Shown: positions 19,689-29,332 of the stretch, piece after piece
Position numbering within the stretch: the stretch's first letter is position 1
How the letters are laid out: each line of letters starts with the position of its first letter
NCBI GenBank assembly: GCA_963757355.1
Contig: CAVWRG010000004.1
Span: 188,992 to 252,991, forward strand
Length of the DNA: 64,000 bases
Direction: 5' to 3'
Source of the DNA: an uncultured Acidobacteriota bacterium
GTDB taxonomy: Bacteria; Acidobacteriota; Vicinamibacteria; Vicinamibacterales; CAVVIG01
The notes under the pieces: model-generated
What the model was told of the DNA's origin: nothing
Seen by the model: only the letters and a program-made list of their open reading frames with translations
Databases searched by the model: none
Program-made: the position numbers and the translations under genes

Positions 19689-19904
19689 ATGCCGCGCTCC
19701 CCCCTTTCGCGCGCGCTGGACATGGAGCAGGACCGCGGGTTCACCGTTCTCATCGCGTCAATGGCTGGAGGGGTTGCGGCGCTGGAGCTTGCGGGACGAG
19801 TCGCCGCCGCGAGATGGCCGGCGGCGTCATTGGACGATGTGACCGATGGCGACGAGAACAGCGTCATCGCGCTCGACTTGAGCGCGGTGTCAGCAGGCCG
19901 GTGA
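19689..19904 (+). pseudogene. Probable internally deleted remnant of a second permease
   Basis: LIASMAGGVAALELAGRVAAARW resembles the C-terminus of 17072-18925 (LIACLVVFSIALDIVGRRRAARW); only 71 aa. Confidence 0.5.
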
Positions 19905-19924
19905 AAAGGGGACGGGAGTCATTT
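19903..19924. repeat. Family B half element
   Basis: GAAAAGGGGACGGGAGTC identical to 10325-10342. Confidence 0.8.
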
Positions 19925-20008
19925 CGCCGCGCCTCAGCAGGCTTCGCTTCGAACCGTGTAAACCGTTGCGATCGTTGACTGCTGCGCCGACGAGAAAAGG
20001 GGACAGGT

Positions 20009-21763
20009 TTAGCAGGAAACGCACTTGTTCATAATCTTGGCGCCGAGCTTCTCGAGTAATGCGATCGTCTGGGGGAAGGGTTGGATCCGCTGATAGGGGC
20101 CGTTTGCCATGTCGGCGGTCGTCTGCCCCTTGCGATTGATGGCCGTGACGTCGGCTCCCTTGGACACCAGGTACTGCACCATCTCGTTGTCGCCTCGAGA
20201 CGCCGCGTTGTGCAGTGCGGTGTCCCCCTCGGCGTCTCGCGCGTTCACGTCGGCGTGCAACTCTTCGACGAGATACTTGACCGCCGCCAGCATCCCGGTC
20301 GGCGCATAGCGATGTTCATTCGAGGTGAAGCTGGATCCGTACGCTTCCCCAGAGGCGGCAAGCAGCGGCGGCACGCCGGGACCACCGATCGGCACTGGCG
20401 TCAAACCTGACTTGTCGGGCCCCGCCGGCTCGGCTCCGCCCGGCCGGCGGCCAGCCGATTTCATCGTCGGCACATTCGGGTCGGCGCCGTACGCGACCAG
20501 CATCTTCATCGCATCGATGTCGTCGCTGTAGGCGGCTCGCCAGAACGGCGTCGCGCCGATTTCATCCAACCCGGACATGTCGCGGTTGTAGCCGCTGTAC
20601 CACACCTTCCGTGTCAGTCTGGCGTTCGGGTTCGCTCCGTGCGCGAGCAACGCCGTCATCAGATCGAGATATGCCGTCTTCTGTTGCTTGTTCGCCTGAG
20701 GTTGCGGATACTCCGTCTTCGCCGACCAGACCACGTTCAGCACGTCATAGAGCGGCGTGGCGCCATTGGATTCGGCCAGGTTGGGGTCCGCCCCGTGGTC
20801 CAAGAGGTACATCGCCGTATCGAAGCGTCCGTTCAGGGTGGCGACGATCAAGGGACTGGAATGGTCGCCGGGATCGACCTGATTCACATCGGCGCCACAG
20901 TCGACCAGTGCCTGCACGGTGTCGAGATGCCCCTCGCGCGCCGCGAACATGAGCGCGGTCAACCCCCCTTGGGTGCCGACAAGATCGGCGTAAGAAGCTG
21001 GACGAGCCGTCTTCGCCGGAGCTGGTTTCGCTGCCGGCTCCTTGGCAGCCGTCGCCTCGGCTGACGCGCCCGTGCCCTTGTCCGCTACCGGCTTCTTTTC
21101 GTCGGGCGGCGCGCCTCCCAGAGCGGGATCGAACGTCTGATGGAGACGCGGGTCGTCGCTCGGCAACTTGGTCCAGTCGAACACCTTCGTCGCCGGTTTC
21201 CAGTCCGCTCCGTGGGCCAACAGCGCTTTCAAAGCATCGGTCCGGCCGTACGCGGCGGCATACATCAGTGCCGTCTCGCCCCTGACCGACTCCGTCGCAT
21301 TGACGTCCGCGCCGTGCGCAATGAGGGCGGAGACGCCGTCCGTGATCCCGGCTGCGGACGCCAGCATCAGCGGCGTCGTGCCGTACGCGTCGGCCGCCGT
21401 GGCGCTGGCTCCAGCCTTGAGCAGCGCGTCGACCACCGGCGCCTGGCCGTTCTTTGCGGCGAGGTGGAGCGGCGTCATCGCTCCGAGGCGCGTGACCGCC
21501 GACACGTTGGCTCCCGCGTAGATCAGCATCTGCGCCATCTCCAGGTCGCCGTTCATGGCCGCCCAATGCAAGGCGGTCATGCGGTCGGCCTGCGATGCAT
21601 TCACATCAGCCGCGTCTTTCAACAACGATCGCACCGCCTCGGAATCGCGGTGCATCGCCGCATCGGCCACGGGAGAGTCGCTCGGCGCCGCAATGAGGAG
21701 AGCAGAGCAACACAAAGCCCCGATCGCACTCAGGGACGCACCGCCGAATAGTCGTCGCAGCAT
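20009..21763 (-). CDS. Secreted ankyrin-repeat protein
   Basis: Many TALH/TPLH/TALM.AA...L...GADVN repeats, signal peptide, C-terminal CVSC; SD gaggag upstream. Confidence 0.9.
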   Translation of the reverse strand: MLRRLFGGASLSAIGALCCSALLIAAPSDSPVADAAMHRDSEAVRSLLKDAADVNASQADRMTALHWAAMNGDLEMAQMLIYAGANVSAVTRLGAMTPLHLAAKNGQAPVVDALLKAGASATAADAYGTTPLMLASAAGITDGVSALIAHGADVNATESVRGETALMYAAAYGRTDALKALLAHGADWKPATKVFDWTKLPSDDPRLHQTFDPALGGAPPDEKKPVADKGTGASAEATAAKEPAAKPAPAKTARPASYADLVGTQGGLTALMFAAREGHLDTVQALVDCGADVNQVDPGDHSSPLIVATLNGRFDTAMYLLDHGADPNLAESNGATPLYDVLNVVWSAKTEYPQPQANKQQKTAYLDLMTALLAHGANPNARLTRKVWYSGYNRDMSGLDEIGATPFWRAAYSDDIDAMKMLVAYGADPNVPTMKSAGRRPGGAEPAGPDKSGLTPVPIGGPGVPPLLAASGEAYGSSFTSNEHRYAPTGMLAAVKYLVEELHADVNARDAEGDTALHNAASRGDNEMVQYLVSKGADVTAINRKGQTTADMANGPYQRIQPFPQTIALLEKLGAKIMNKCVSC

Positions 21764-21780
21764 ATGGCTACGTTCTCCTC

Positions 21781-23190
21781 TCACTCCGCCGTCGTCCTGA
21801 CGGCGGGATTCAGTTCCATCGGCGCGGTGCTGTCACCGAACTTGTCCTTCTCGACGCCCAACTTCTGCAGCAACGACAATCCGACATTCGCCATCGGCGT
21901 ATCGTCGGCGACCCTGACGTGGTAATTGCCCTTGAGTTGTCCGCTGGCGTGCCCCAACAGGATGAGCGGCAACCGCTTGTGATTGTGGAGGTTTGAATCG
22001 CCCATCGGCGAGCCATACAGGATGGCGCTCTTCTCCAGCAGGTTGCTGTCGCCCTCAGGGATGCTCTTCAGCTTCGCGAGCAAATACGGGAGCAGCCCAA
22101 CGTGATACGTGTTGATCTTCTGATTCTGCCGGATGTTCTCTTCCTTCTCCTGATGATGCGATGCATTGTGGAAACCGGTTTTGACGCCGCATTCAGGATA
22201 GACGCGCCCAGACACGTCGCGGCTCATCTTGAACGAAAAGACCTTCGTGAGATCCGACTGAAACGCCAGAGCCATCAGATCGAACATGAGGTGCACGTGG
22301 TCCGTGTACGAGTCGGGCACGCCGATCGGTGCTTCCGGCAGGGCGCGCATCTCGCCACTGCGATTCTGCGCTTCGATGTTCTGAATCCGGCGCTCAATTT
22401 CGCGGACATCGTTCAAGTAGCTGTCGAGTCGCAGACGATCGCTCGTCCCCACATCGCGCTTCAGGACGGTCACCCGCGCCGTCACCCAGTCGAGAATGCT
22501 GGCGTTGGCCTGCCGGCGCGCGGCTCGATCGGCCGGCGAACCGCCGACGCCGAACAACTGATCGAAGACGGCGCGCGGATCCCGGATCATCGGCAGAGGC
22601 TCGGTCGGCGACGCCCAGGAGATGGTGTCGGTATAGACGCAGGCATAACCGTACGAGCAGCCACCTGCCTGGTCCACCGGTTCGATGCACAGCTGCATTG
22701 AAGGGATCGCTGACGCCTGCCCGATCTCCTGCGCGTAGATCTGATCCAGGGACGTGCCGGCGTGGACGTCCGACCCTTCGGTCTGTGTCGGATGCGCCTG
22801 CGTCAAGAAGGTCGTGCTGGAGCGGAAATGATCACCGCCGATCTCCGGTGCCGCCCAGGCTTCGGCGGCATGGTCCGACGTCCCACTCACGATTGTGAGG
22901 TACTGGCGGTACGGTTCGAGCGGCAGGAGACTACTTGGAGAAAGGTCGAAGTTGCTGCCCACGGCGGCCGGCGACCACAAATTCAGCTTGGCGCCGATCT
23001 CCGAACAGCCTGCGGCCCCATGGACCATCTCGATGGCGATAAGGCGCGTACGGTTGGCGGCAGTAGCCGTCGCAGTCTTCGCCCACGCCGTCCCCGCTGG
23101 CACCATCGCGTCCAGGAAGGGCAAGGCCAGTGTCACGCCCATGCCTTTCAAAACGGCGCGGCGGGAAATATGCCTTTGCGTAATGAACAT
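21781..23190 (-). CDS. DUF1552-family protein with Tat-like signal
   Basis: ISRRAVLKG.G..LALPFLDAM N-terminus; DPR.VF..LFG, SILD and H.H..LP motifs. Confidence 0.85.
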   Translation of the reverse strand: MFITQRHISRRAVLKGMGVTLALPFLDAMVPAGTAWAKTATATAANRTRLIAIEMVHGAAGCSEIGAKLNLWSPAAVGSNFDLSPSSLLPLEPYRQYLTIVSGTSDHAAEAWAAPEIGGDHFRSSTTFLTQAHPTQTEGSDVHAGTSLDQIYAQEIGQASAIPSMQLCIEPVDQAGGCSYGYACVYTDTISWASPTEPLPMIRDPRAVFDQLFGVGGSPADRAARRQANASILDWVTARVTVLKRDVGTSDRLRLDSYLNDVREIERRIQNIEAQNRSGEMRALPEAPIGVPDSYTDHVHLMFDLMALAFQSDLTKVFSFKMSRDVSGRVYPECGVKTGFHNASHHQEKEENIRQNQKINTYHVGLLPYLLAKLKSIPEGDSNLLEKSAILYGSPMGDSNLHNHKRLPLILLGHASGQLKGNYHVRVADDTPMANVGLSLLQKLGVEKDKFGDSTAPMELNPAVRTTAE

Positions 23191-23213
23191 CACTGCAACT
23201 CCTCGTCGCTGGC

Positions 23214-26018
23214 CTACTGCCGGTCCGACTGGCTGTCGGTGAGCACTTCCGCCTCCGCATGGCGCATGCGGAACGCTGGACTGTTGACGATACCGACGAC
23301 GAAGGTGGAAAAACGGTTGCCGTTGCTCGCCGCCTTGTTGACCATCGCCCGAATCGTCGGCATGTCGTAATACTGCACCGGACGTCCAATGGCATACGCC
23401 ATCAGATTCTCGGCAAAAACCCGGATCACCGTATCTTTGTGCTTCAGCAGGCTCTGATTGAGTCCCTCGAGCCCGTCGATGCGATTGCCGTCGTAGAGCT
23501 CACCGGCCGCGTCGATCGGAACGCCGTCGCTGTCGAATCGGCCGAAGTCGTGGACCCGCCAGTGGCCGGTGGGATCGAAGTTCTCCAGCGCCAGGCCAAT
23601 CGGATCGATCGTCTTGTGGCACGACGCACAGAACGGGTTCTTGCGGTGCTCCTCCATCCGTCCGCGGACCGACAGCGTTTTGCCTCCGCTGACAGCCGAC
23701 GTTTCGTCCAACGTGGGGATATTCGGCGGCGGCGGCGGCGGCGGTTGCCCCAGCAGCACTTCCAGCACCCACTTGCCGCGTTGTACCGGCGACGTTCGGT
23801 CCGCGACCGACGTTTCGACCAGAATACTGCCGTGGCCGAGCACACCTTGACGATGCGTGCCAGCCAACGAGACGCGGCGGAACTGTGAGCCGGCGATCCC
23901 TGGAATCCCGTAGAACGCCGCGAGGCGCTCGTTGACGAACGTGTAATCCGCGGTCAACAGATCGAGGACGTTTCGATCCTCTTTGACGATGCTGTCGAAG
24001 AGCAGCTGCGTCTCGCGCTTCATGGCGTCGGCGAGCGTCTTGTCGTAATTCGGATAGACCAGGGGATCGGGATGGACCTTGTCGACGTCCTGCAGCCGAA
24101 GCCAGAGCGACTCGAACCGCGTGGACAACGCGATCGACCGAGGATCTGTCAACATGCGCTGCAACTGCGCATCGAGGACCGCCGGCTCGTGGAGACGCCC
24201 TTCAGCGGCAACCTTCCTCAATTCCGCGTCAGGTGGGAGGGCCCAGAGGAAGTACGACAGACGGGACGCCAGGCCAAGGTCGTCGACTCTGTAGTTCTGT
24301 GCCGCCCGGGTGGCGGCTGGCTGCGGCTCGAGCCGGAACAGGAAGTCCGGACTGGCAAGAATCGCCTGCAGCGCCATGCGAACGCCCGACTCGAAGTCGT
24401 GTCCGTTCCGCCCCTGCTCGTAGAACGTCATCAGGGGTTTCAAGTCCTCCGCCGTCGCGGGGCGACGATACGCCTGGCCAGCCAGATTCGTGAGGATCTT
24501 CCGGACGCAGGGCATTTCATCCGCCGCCGAGGCGGGGCGACAGACAAAGATCCGCTGCCGGCTGATCGTGTCGGAGACGCCCGTGACCGAAAAGGGACCG
24601 CTGATGCTCAAGTCGCGGAGGTGCGGAAGCGACGTGACGCCCTGCGCGGATCCGATGTTGGTATCGGCGAGCGTGAACTCGATCGGTTTCACCAAATCGT
24701 CGATTGGCCCGTTCGAGCGCTGAATGAACGCGGCCGATACGCGCTGCGGTCCCGCCTTGACGTCGATGGGGGGCGTTGCAATCGTCAGCCCCTCCGGCCG
24801 GTCCTCATTCATCCGCGGGTCGACATCCAGCAGGGCGACCGGCTCGTTGTTGATCGACACCTCAATCTGCTCGCCGACCGTCGTCAAGCCGAAGAGGTCG
24901 CCGAGCGGCGTGTCGTAGAGGACCAGTTTGAAGCGATACTTTCCGTCGGCCGGAAAGATGTGGACGGTCGAGATTCCGCCGCGTGTGCCCATCGGCGCGC
25001 CGTCGACGTGATCCATCTGCGACGCGAACGGGTCGACCGGATAGGTGACAGAGGTCGTCGTCACGCCGGGATCGCCGACGGCGAGGCGGCTGACCGCGTC
25101 TGCTGCGGTCAGGTAGCTTTGCAGCAGCGTCGGCGAGAATCCTTGCGCCTCGGCAATGTTGTCGAAGTTATGGCTCATCGTGTCCGGCGGGAGCCACTGC
25201 GTCACGTCGACATGGATTCCCAGCATGGCCGCGATCGAGTTCGTGTACTCGACGCGGTTCAACCGCTGAAACGTGCGCTGGCCAGGGTTGACCTGCAGCG
25301 CCGCCGCCCGATCCAGCCGGTTCTCGAGCGAGACGATGAACGCCTGGATGCTCGCTTCGTCCGGTCGCTTCGGCGCCGTCCGCGGCGGCATCATCCCCGC
25401 CCGCAGCTTCGCGATCATGTCCTCGGCAATTTTCGCGTTCGCGGGTGCCGACGCCATGTCGAAATGCTCGAACGAGAGTCCACCGGGTTTCCGCTTGTCG
25501 GTGTGGCACTGCGTACAGACCTGGTGAACCATCGCGTTCTGCGCGGTTTCTGGCATGTTGTTGCCCGTGTGCGGAAACGCGATCACTTGCGTCGCCGTCG
25601 CACTGGCCGCTGCCGCCGACGCCATCCCGGGGATCGCGGCAACTTGCAGCGCCGCGATGAACGATTTCACCGTGGCTTCGTCGGGACGAGGCTCACCGGC
25701 GGGAGGCATTTCCCCAGCTTTGAGCCGGCGCGCCATCGCTGCGGCCAGCGCCGGCGCGGCCTGCTCGGAACCGTTGAAGTGCTCCAACGACAAATCGCCG
25801 GTGACGTCGGCGTCGTTGTGACACTTGGCGCAATATTGGTGAACGAGCGCGATCTGGGCGGCCGCGGGCATTGATTCCGGCGCTGGGGTTCCTTGCGTCG
25901 TAACCTGCGCCGCGTCCGGCGGCTGCCGACTATTGGCAGAGCCGATGTCGGCGGCGAGGCTGAGACTCAGGCCGACCCCGGCGACCACGGCAAAAATGTT
26001 CGCGGCGCGTTTCGTCAT
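23214..26018 (-). CDS. DUF1587/1592/1595/1588/1585 multidomain cytochrome c-like protein
   Basis: CAKCH, CTQCH and CASCH heme motifs; RLNRVEY, LASRLSYFLW..PPD, TSPV.RG.W, PPPPP, DPIG.ALENFD. Confidence 0.87.
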   Translation of the reverse strand: MTKRAANIFAVVAGVGLSLSLAADIGSANSRQPPDAAQVTTQGTPAPESMPAAAQIALVHQYCAKCHNDADVTGDLSLEHFNGSEQAAPALAAAMARRLKAGEMPPAGEPRPDEATVKSFIAALQVAAIPGMASAAAASATATQVIAFPHTGNNMPETAQNAMVHQVCTQCHTDKRKPGGLSFEHFDMASAPANAKIAEDMIAKLRAGMMPPRTAPKRPDEASIQAFIVSLENRLDRAAALQVNPGQRTFQRLNRVEYTNSIAAMLGIHVDVTQWLPPDTMSHNFDNIAEAQGFSPTLLQSYLTAADAVSRLAVGDPGVTTTSVTYPVDPFASQMDHVDGAPMGTRGGISTVHIFPADGKYRFKLVLYDTPLGDLFGLTTVGEQIEVSINNEPVALLDVDPRMNEDRPEGLTIATPPIDVKAGPQRVSAAFIQRSNGPIDDLVKPIEFTLADTNIGSAQGVTSLPHLRDLSISGPFSVTGVSDTISRQRIFVCRPASAADEMPCVRKILTNLAGQAYRRPATAEDLKPLMTFYEQGRNGHDFESGVRMALQAILASPDFLFRLEPQPAATRAAQNYRVDDLGLASRLSYFLWALPPDAELRKVAAEGRLHEPAVLDAQLQRMLTDPRSIALSTRFESLWLRLQDVDKVHPDPLVYPNYDKTLADAMKRETQLLFDSIVKEDRNVLDLLTADYTFVNERLAAFYGIPGIAGSQFRRVSLAGTHRQGVLGHGSILVETSVADRTSPVQRGKWVLEVLLGQPPPPPPPNIPTLDETSAVSGGKTLSVRGRMEEHRKNPFCASCHKTIDPIGLALENFDPTGHWRVHDFGRFDSDGVPIDAAGELYDGNRIDGLEGLNQSLLKHKDTVIRVFAENLMAYAIGRPVQYYDMPTIRAMVNKAASNGNRFSTFVVGIVNSPAFRMRHAEAEVLTDSQSDRQ

Positions 26019-26186
26019 TCGTCAATGCCCCTCATGACACTCCGCAGCAGACGAGCCTCCCCCTTCGGACGTGTGCGACGCCGGCACGGAGATCGTGAAC
26101 ACGAGCCGTGAATGTCGGCGGATTATACGCAGATGCAAACGAGGAAAGGAAACGCTTTTTACGTGACCGTGCTAAGTATCGTGTCA

Positions 26187-27710
26187 CTAGCGCGACAGAA
26201 AGTCGCGCACGATCTGCGAGATGTCCCGGTGCTCGACGTCGGCGGCATAGTTCAATGCGCGCATGTCGGCCGCGGACACACGGCCCCCGAGCCGCTCCAG
26301 CGCGGCGCGCACCTGCGGATGGCGCAGCAGCATCTCCGATCGCGCAACCGGCGCGGCGTCGTATGGCGGAAAGTAATGTCGATTGTCCTCGAGCTGCACG
26401 AGGTCGAGTCCCTTGATGAGACCCGCGGTGGCATCGCCCGCGATGAGATCGACCTGCTTCGCCGCGAGCGCACGATAGGTGAGCGTGAGGTCCATCACGC
26501 GCGGCGGCGCCGAAAAATGGAGACCGTACGCTTTGGCGAGCCCCGGGAAGCCGTCCGGCCGCTCCAGAAACTCGTAGCCGAACCCCGCGCGCCATCCCGG
26601 CGCCTCTCGCACCGCATCGTCGATCGTCTTCAGCCCGCGGGCGCGGGCGTCTTCGCCGCGGACAAGAATCGCGAACGTGTTGTTGAAGCCGAGCGGCGGC
26701 AGCAGCGTCCGGCCGCTGCGTGCGTAGAGCTCGCGGACGGTCGCGTACACCGTGGCCGCGTCGGCGGCGACCGGTTGCCTGAAGATCGCCGTCAGCGCCG
26801 TCCCCGTGTACTCGACGTAGACGTCCACGTCGCCGGTCAGCTGGGCATGATCGCAGATCAACGTACCGCCCAGGTTCAAACGTCGCTGCACCGGCAGGTG
26901 CGTGTCCCGCTCGATCGTCTGCGCGACGAGCTCGCCGAGAACCAGTTGTTCGGTGAAATTCTTTGAGCCCACGACGATCGCGCCATCGGAGGCCCCGGCG
27001 AGCAGACTGCTCACGCCCACTGCGGCGACGACCAGACCTCCGGCAAGTGCCGCGGCACGCCGGGTCCCGACCCTTCGGCGCGCAGACAGCTGGCGTTCCA
27101 CGACGAGCAGCAGCCCATCCACGGCGAGCGCGAGCAGGGCCGCCGGAATCGCGCCGGCCAGAATCACGGTCGTGTCCACCATCGACAGCCCGCGATAGAT
27201 ATATTCGCCAAGGCCGCCGGCGCCGATCGCGGCCGCGATCGTGGCAGCACCAACTCCCACCACTGCCGCCACGCGGACGCCCGCCACGATCGACGGCAGC
27301 GCAAGCGGCAGCTCCACCTGCCGCAGCAGCTCGCCCGGCGTCATGCCCATCGCGACGCCCGCCTCCCGAATCGACGGATCGATCCCATTCAAGCCGGCGA
27401 TCGTCGTCCGCACAATCGGCAGCAGCCCGTAGAGGATCAACACGACGATCGCGGCGCGGGCGCCGACGCCGCCGACGAGCGGCACGGGCAGGAGAAAGCC
27501 GAACATCGCGAGGCTGGGAATGGTCTGCACGATGTTGGCGAGGCCGACGACCGGCGCGGACAGGCGCGGACGACGGGACGCGAAGATGCCGAGCGGCACG
27601 CCAATCGTCACCGCCACTGTCGTCGAGATCGCGACGAGCAGCACGTGCTGCCCGAAGAGTGCCGCCAGCTCAGCGCGGTGGGCGGACCAGAACGTGAGTA
27701 GCGGAATCAT
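26187..27710 (-). CDS. Osmoprotectant (glycine betaine/choline) ABC permease fused to substrate-binding domain
   Basis: QTIPSLA, EAA-like loop, IGAGGLG, then VGSKNFTEQ, YVEYTGT and FPPY. Confidence 0.92.
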   Translation of the reverse strand: MIPLLTFWSAHRAELAALFGQHVLLVAISTTVAVTIGVPLGIFASRRPRLSAPVVGLANIVQTIPSLAMFGFLLPVPLVGGVGARAAIVVLILYGLLPIVRTTIAGLNGIDPSIREAGVAMGMTPGELLRQVELPLALPSIVAGVRVAAVVGVGAATIAAAIGAGGLGEYIYRGLSMVDTTVILAGAIPAALLALAVDGLLLVVERQLSARRRVGTRRAAALAGGLVVAAVGVSSLLAGASDGAIVVGSKNFTEQLVLGELVAQTIERDTHLPVQRRLNLGGTLICDHAQLTGDVDVYVEYTGTALTAIFRQPVAADAATVYATVRELYARSGRTLLPPLGFNNTFAILVRGEDARARGLKTIDDAVREAPGWRAGFGYEFLERPDGFPGLAKAYGLHFSAPPRVMDLTLTYRALAAKQVDLIAGDATAGLIKGLDLVQLEDNRHYFPPYDAAPVARSEMLLRHPQVRAALERLGGRVSAADMRALNYAADVEHRDISQIVRDFLSR

Positions 27711-27727
27711 TCGGATCGCATCAACAT

Positions 27728-27791
27728 AGAAAAGGGGCCGTATCCCTTTTTCGACTGTGAGTCCCTGAAAAAGGGGTACGGCCCCTTTTCT
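27728..27791. repeat. Family A palindromic doublet, copy 3
   Basis: agaaaaggggccgtatccctttttc, 14 nt, gaaaaaggggtacggccccttttct. Confidence 0.9.
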
Positions 27792-28559
27792 TCAGTCAGC
27801 CCGCGGAATGGCTGGCACGGCGTCCAACAGTCGACGCACGCGCGAGTCCGATGAACGGGCAATGGCCTCCGGCCGGTCGAAGGCGATCAGCTGGCCTGCG
27901 TCGAGCACGCCGATCCGATTCGCCAGCGCGAACGCCTCGCCCATATCGTGGGTCACGATGATGACGGTTTTGCGCAGACGATCCTGAATGCGATGGAACT
28001 CGACGTGCAACTCCGCGCGCGTCAGCGGGTCGAGCGCCCCGAACGGTTCGTCCATCAGCAGGACCGGCGGATCGACGCCGAGCGCTCGTGCCACACCCAC
28101 CCGTTGGCGCTGGCCGCCCGATAACTCGTCGGGCCAGCGATCGGCGACGCCGGCGGACTCGAGTCCAATCAACGCAACCAGTTCGTTCACGCGATGGGCG
28201 ATCCGGTCGGCGGGCCAGCCTTCCAGTCGAGGGACGACGCCGATGTTCGCGGCGACGGTCATGTGCGGAAACAGTCCGACGTCCTGGAGCACGTAGCCGA
28301 CGCGGCGCCGAAGCCGCACCGGCGACCACTCGCGCGTGTCGCGCCCTTCGACGCGCACGGTGCCGGCGTCAGGAAGCAACAGCCGGTTGACGAGCTTGAG
28401 GATCGTGCTCTTCCCGGCGCCGCTGCGCCCGACGAGCGCGAGCACGTCGCCCGGCTCCACGGCGAGATTGAACCGCTCGAGCACGCGCAGACCGCCCGGC
28501 CGCGCGAAGCTCACGTCCGCAAATTCGATCGCGGGCGCCGGCGCACCGTCGGTGGGCAT
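27792..28559 (-). CDS. Osmoprotectant ABC transporter ATP-binding subunit
   Basis: GRSGAGKST, LRRRVGYV.Q..GLFPH, LSGGQRQRVGVARAL, LLMDEPFGALD. Confidence 0.92.
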   Translation of the reverse strand: MPTDGAPAPAIEFADVSFARPGGLRVLERFNLAVEPGDVLALVGRSGAGKSTILKLVNRLLLPDAGTVRVEGRDTREWSPVRLRRRVGYVLQDVGLFPHMTVAANIGVVPRLEGWPADRIAHRVNELVALIGLESAGVADRWPDELSGGQRQRVGVARALGVDPPVLLMDEPFGALDPLTRAELHVEFHRIQDRLRKTVIIVTHDMGEAFALANRIGVLDAGQLIAFDRPEAIARSSDSRVRRLLDAVPAIPRAD

Positions 28560-28577
28560 CTAATCGCGACGGTACCA

Positions 28578-28624
28578 CAGGAAAAGGCAGGAGGGGCTGG
28601 AAAGGCAGGATAGGCTGGACGGGC
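28578..28624. repeat. Nonamer array, GGGCAGG family
   Basis: caggaaaaggcaggaggggctggaaaggcaggataggctggacggg. Confidence 0.7.
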
Positions 28625-28648
28625 CCGCCCATCCTCGCTCTCGGCCCG

Positions 28649-29332
28649 TCAGAACTTGACGAACAACGACGCGGCGACCACGGGCGATGTGCGTAGACGA
28701 GTGTCGAACGCAACCCCTTTTCGGCGCGCGATCGCGCGAACATCGGCACGCACGCCTACGCCCTTCAACCCGTGCGGCCGCGAGGTCAGCAGATACTTGA
28801 TGCCCCCGCCGGCGAAATAGGTCTGCCCTGTCACCGCCAGCGTGCCCCCTTCGTACACCTCGCGCAGGTACCCGGCACCGGCCAGCGCGAACGGCGTCGC
28901 CCGGCTCCCCATTCGCCAACGCGTGATGTTCGCGACGACGGCACCATCGACGGTGTACTGGTGCAGCGAATTGGACGCCGTAACGGGCGCGCCGTTTTCG
29001 AAATCGCCGCTGACCGCGGTCTGCAGGCGCGGCTGCCCGTACGACGACGAGCCCTCGATCTCGAATATCGGCGTCAGCCGCACGCCGACGCTGGCCTCGA
29101 TGCCAGGCGCCGCCGCCAATTCCGTCGAGGTGGAGAACAGCGTGAAGCCCGCCGACGGTGCCGTCTCCGCCGCGGCGACGGTCCCGAACGACAGCGAGCC
29201 GCTCCACGTGAAGCCCACGGCAACTTCGAATCGTCCGCCGTCCATCGCCGTCTGTGCGTGCGCGGCCGATGCGCTCAGTCCGCAGACCGCCGCACACGCG
29301 CCAGCGGCGACAAGGCGCCGCACCCGGCTCAT
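28649..29332 (-). CDS. Hypothetical outer-membrane beta-barrel protein
   Basis: Signal peptide (AHA), alternating beta-strand pattern, PF..AGAGY, GGGIKY, terminal F. Confidence 0.7.
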   Translation of the reverse strand: MSRVRRLVAAGACAAVCGLSASAAHAQTAMDGGRFEVAVGFTWSGSLSFGTVAAAETAPSAGFTLFSTSTELAAAPGIEASVGVRLTPIFEIEGSSSYGQPRLQTAVSGDFENGAPVTASNSLHQYTVDGAVVANITRWRMGSRATPFALAGAGYLREVYEGGTLAVTGQTYFAGGGIKYLLTSRPHGLKGVGVRADVRAIARRKGVAFDTRLRTSPVVAASLFVKF

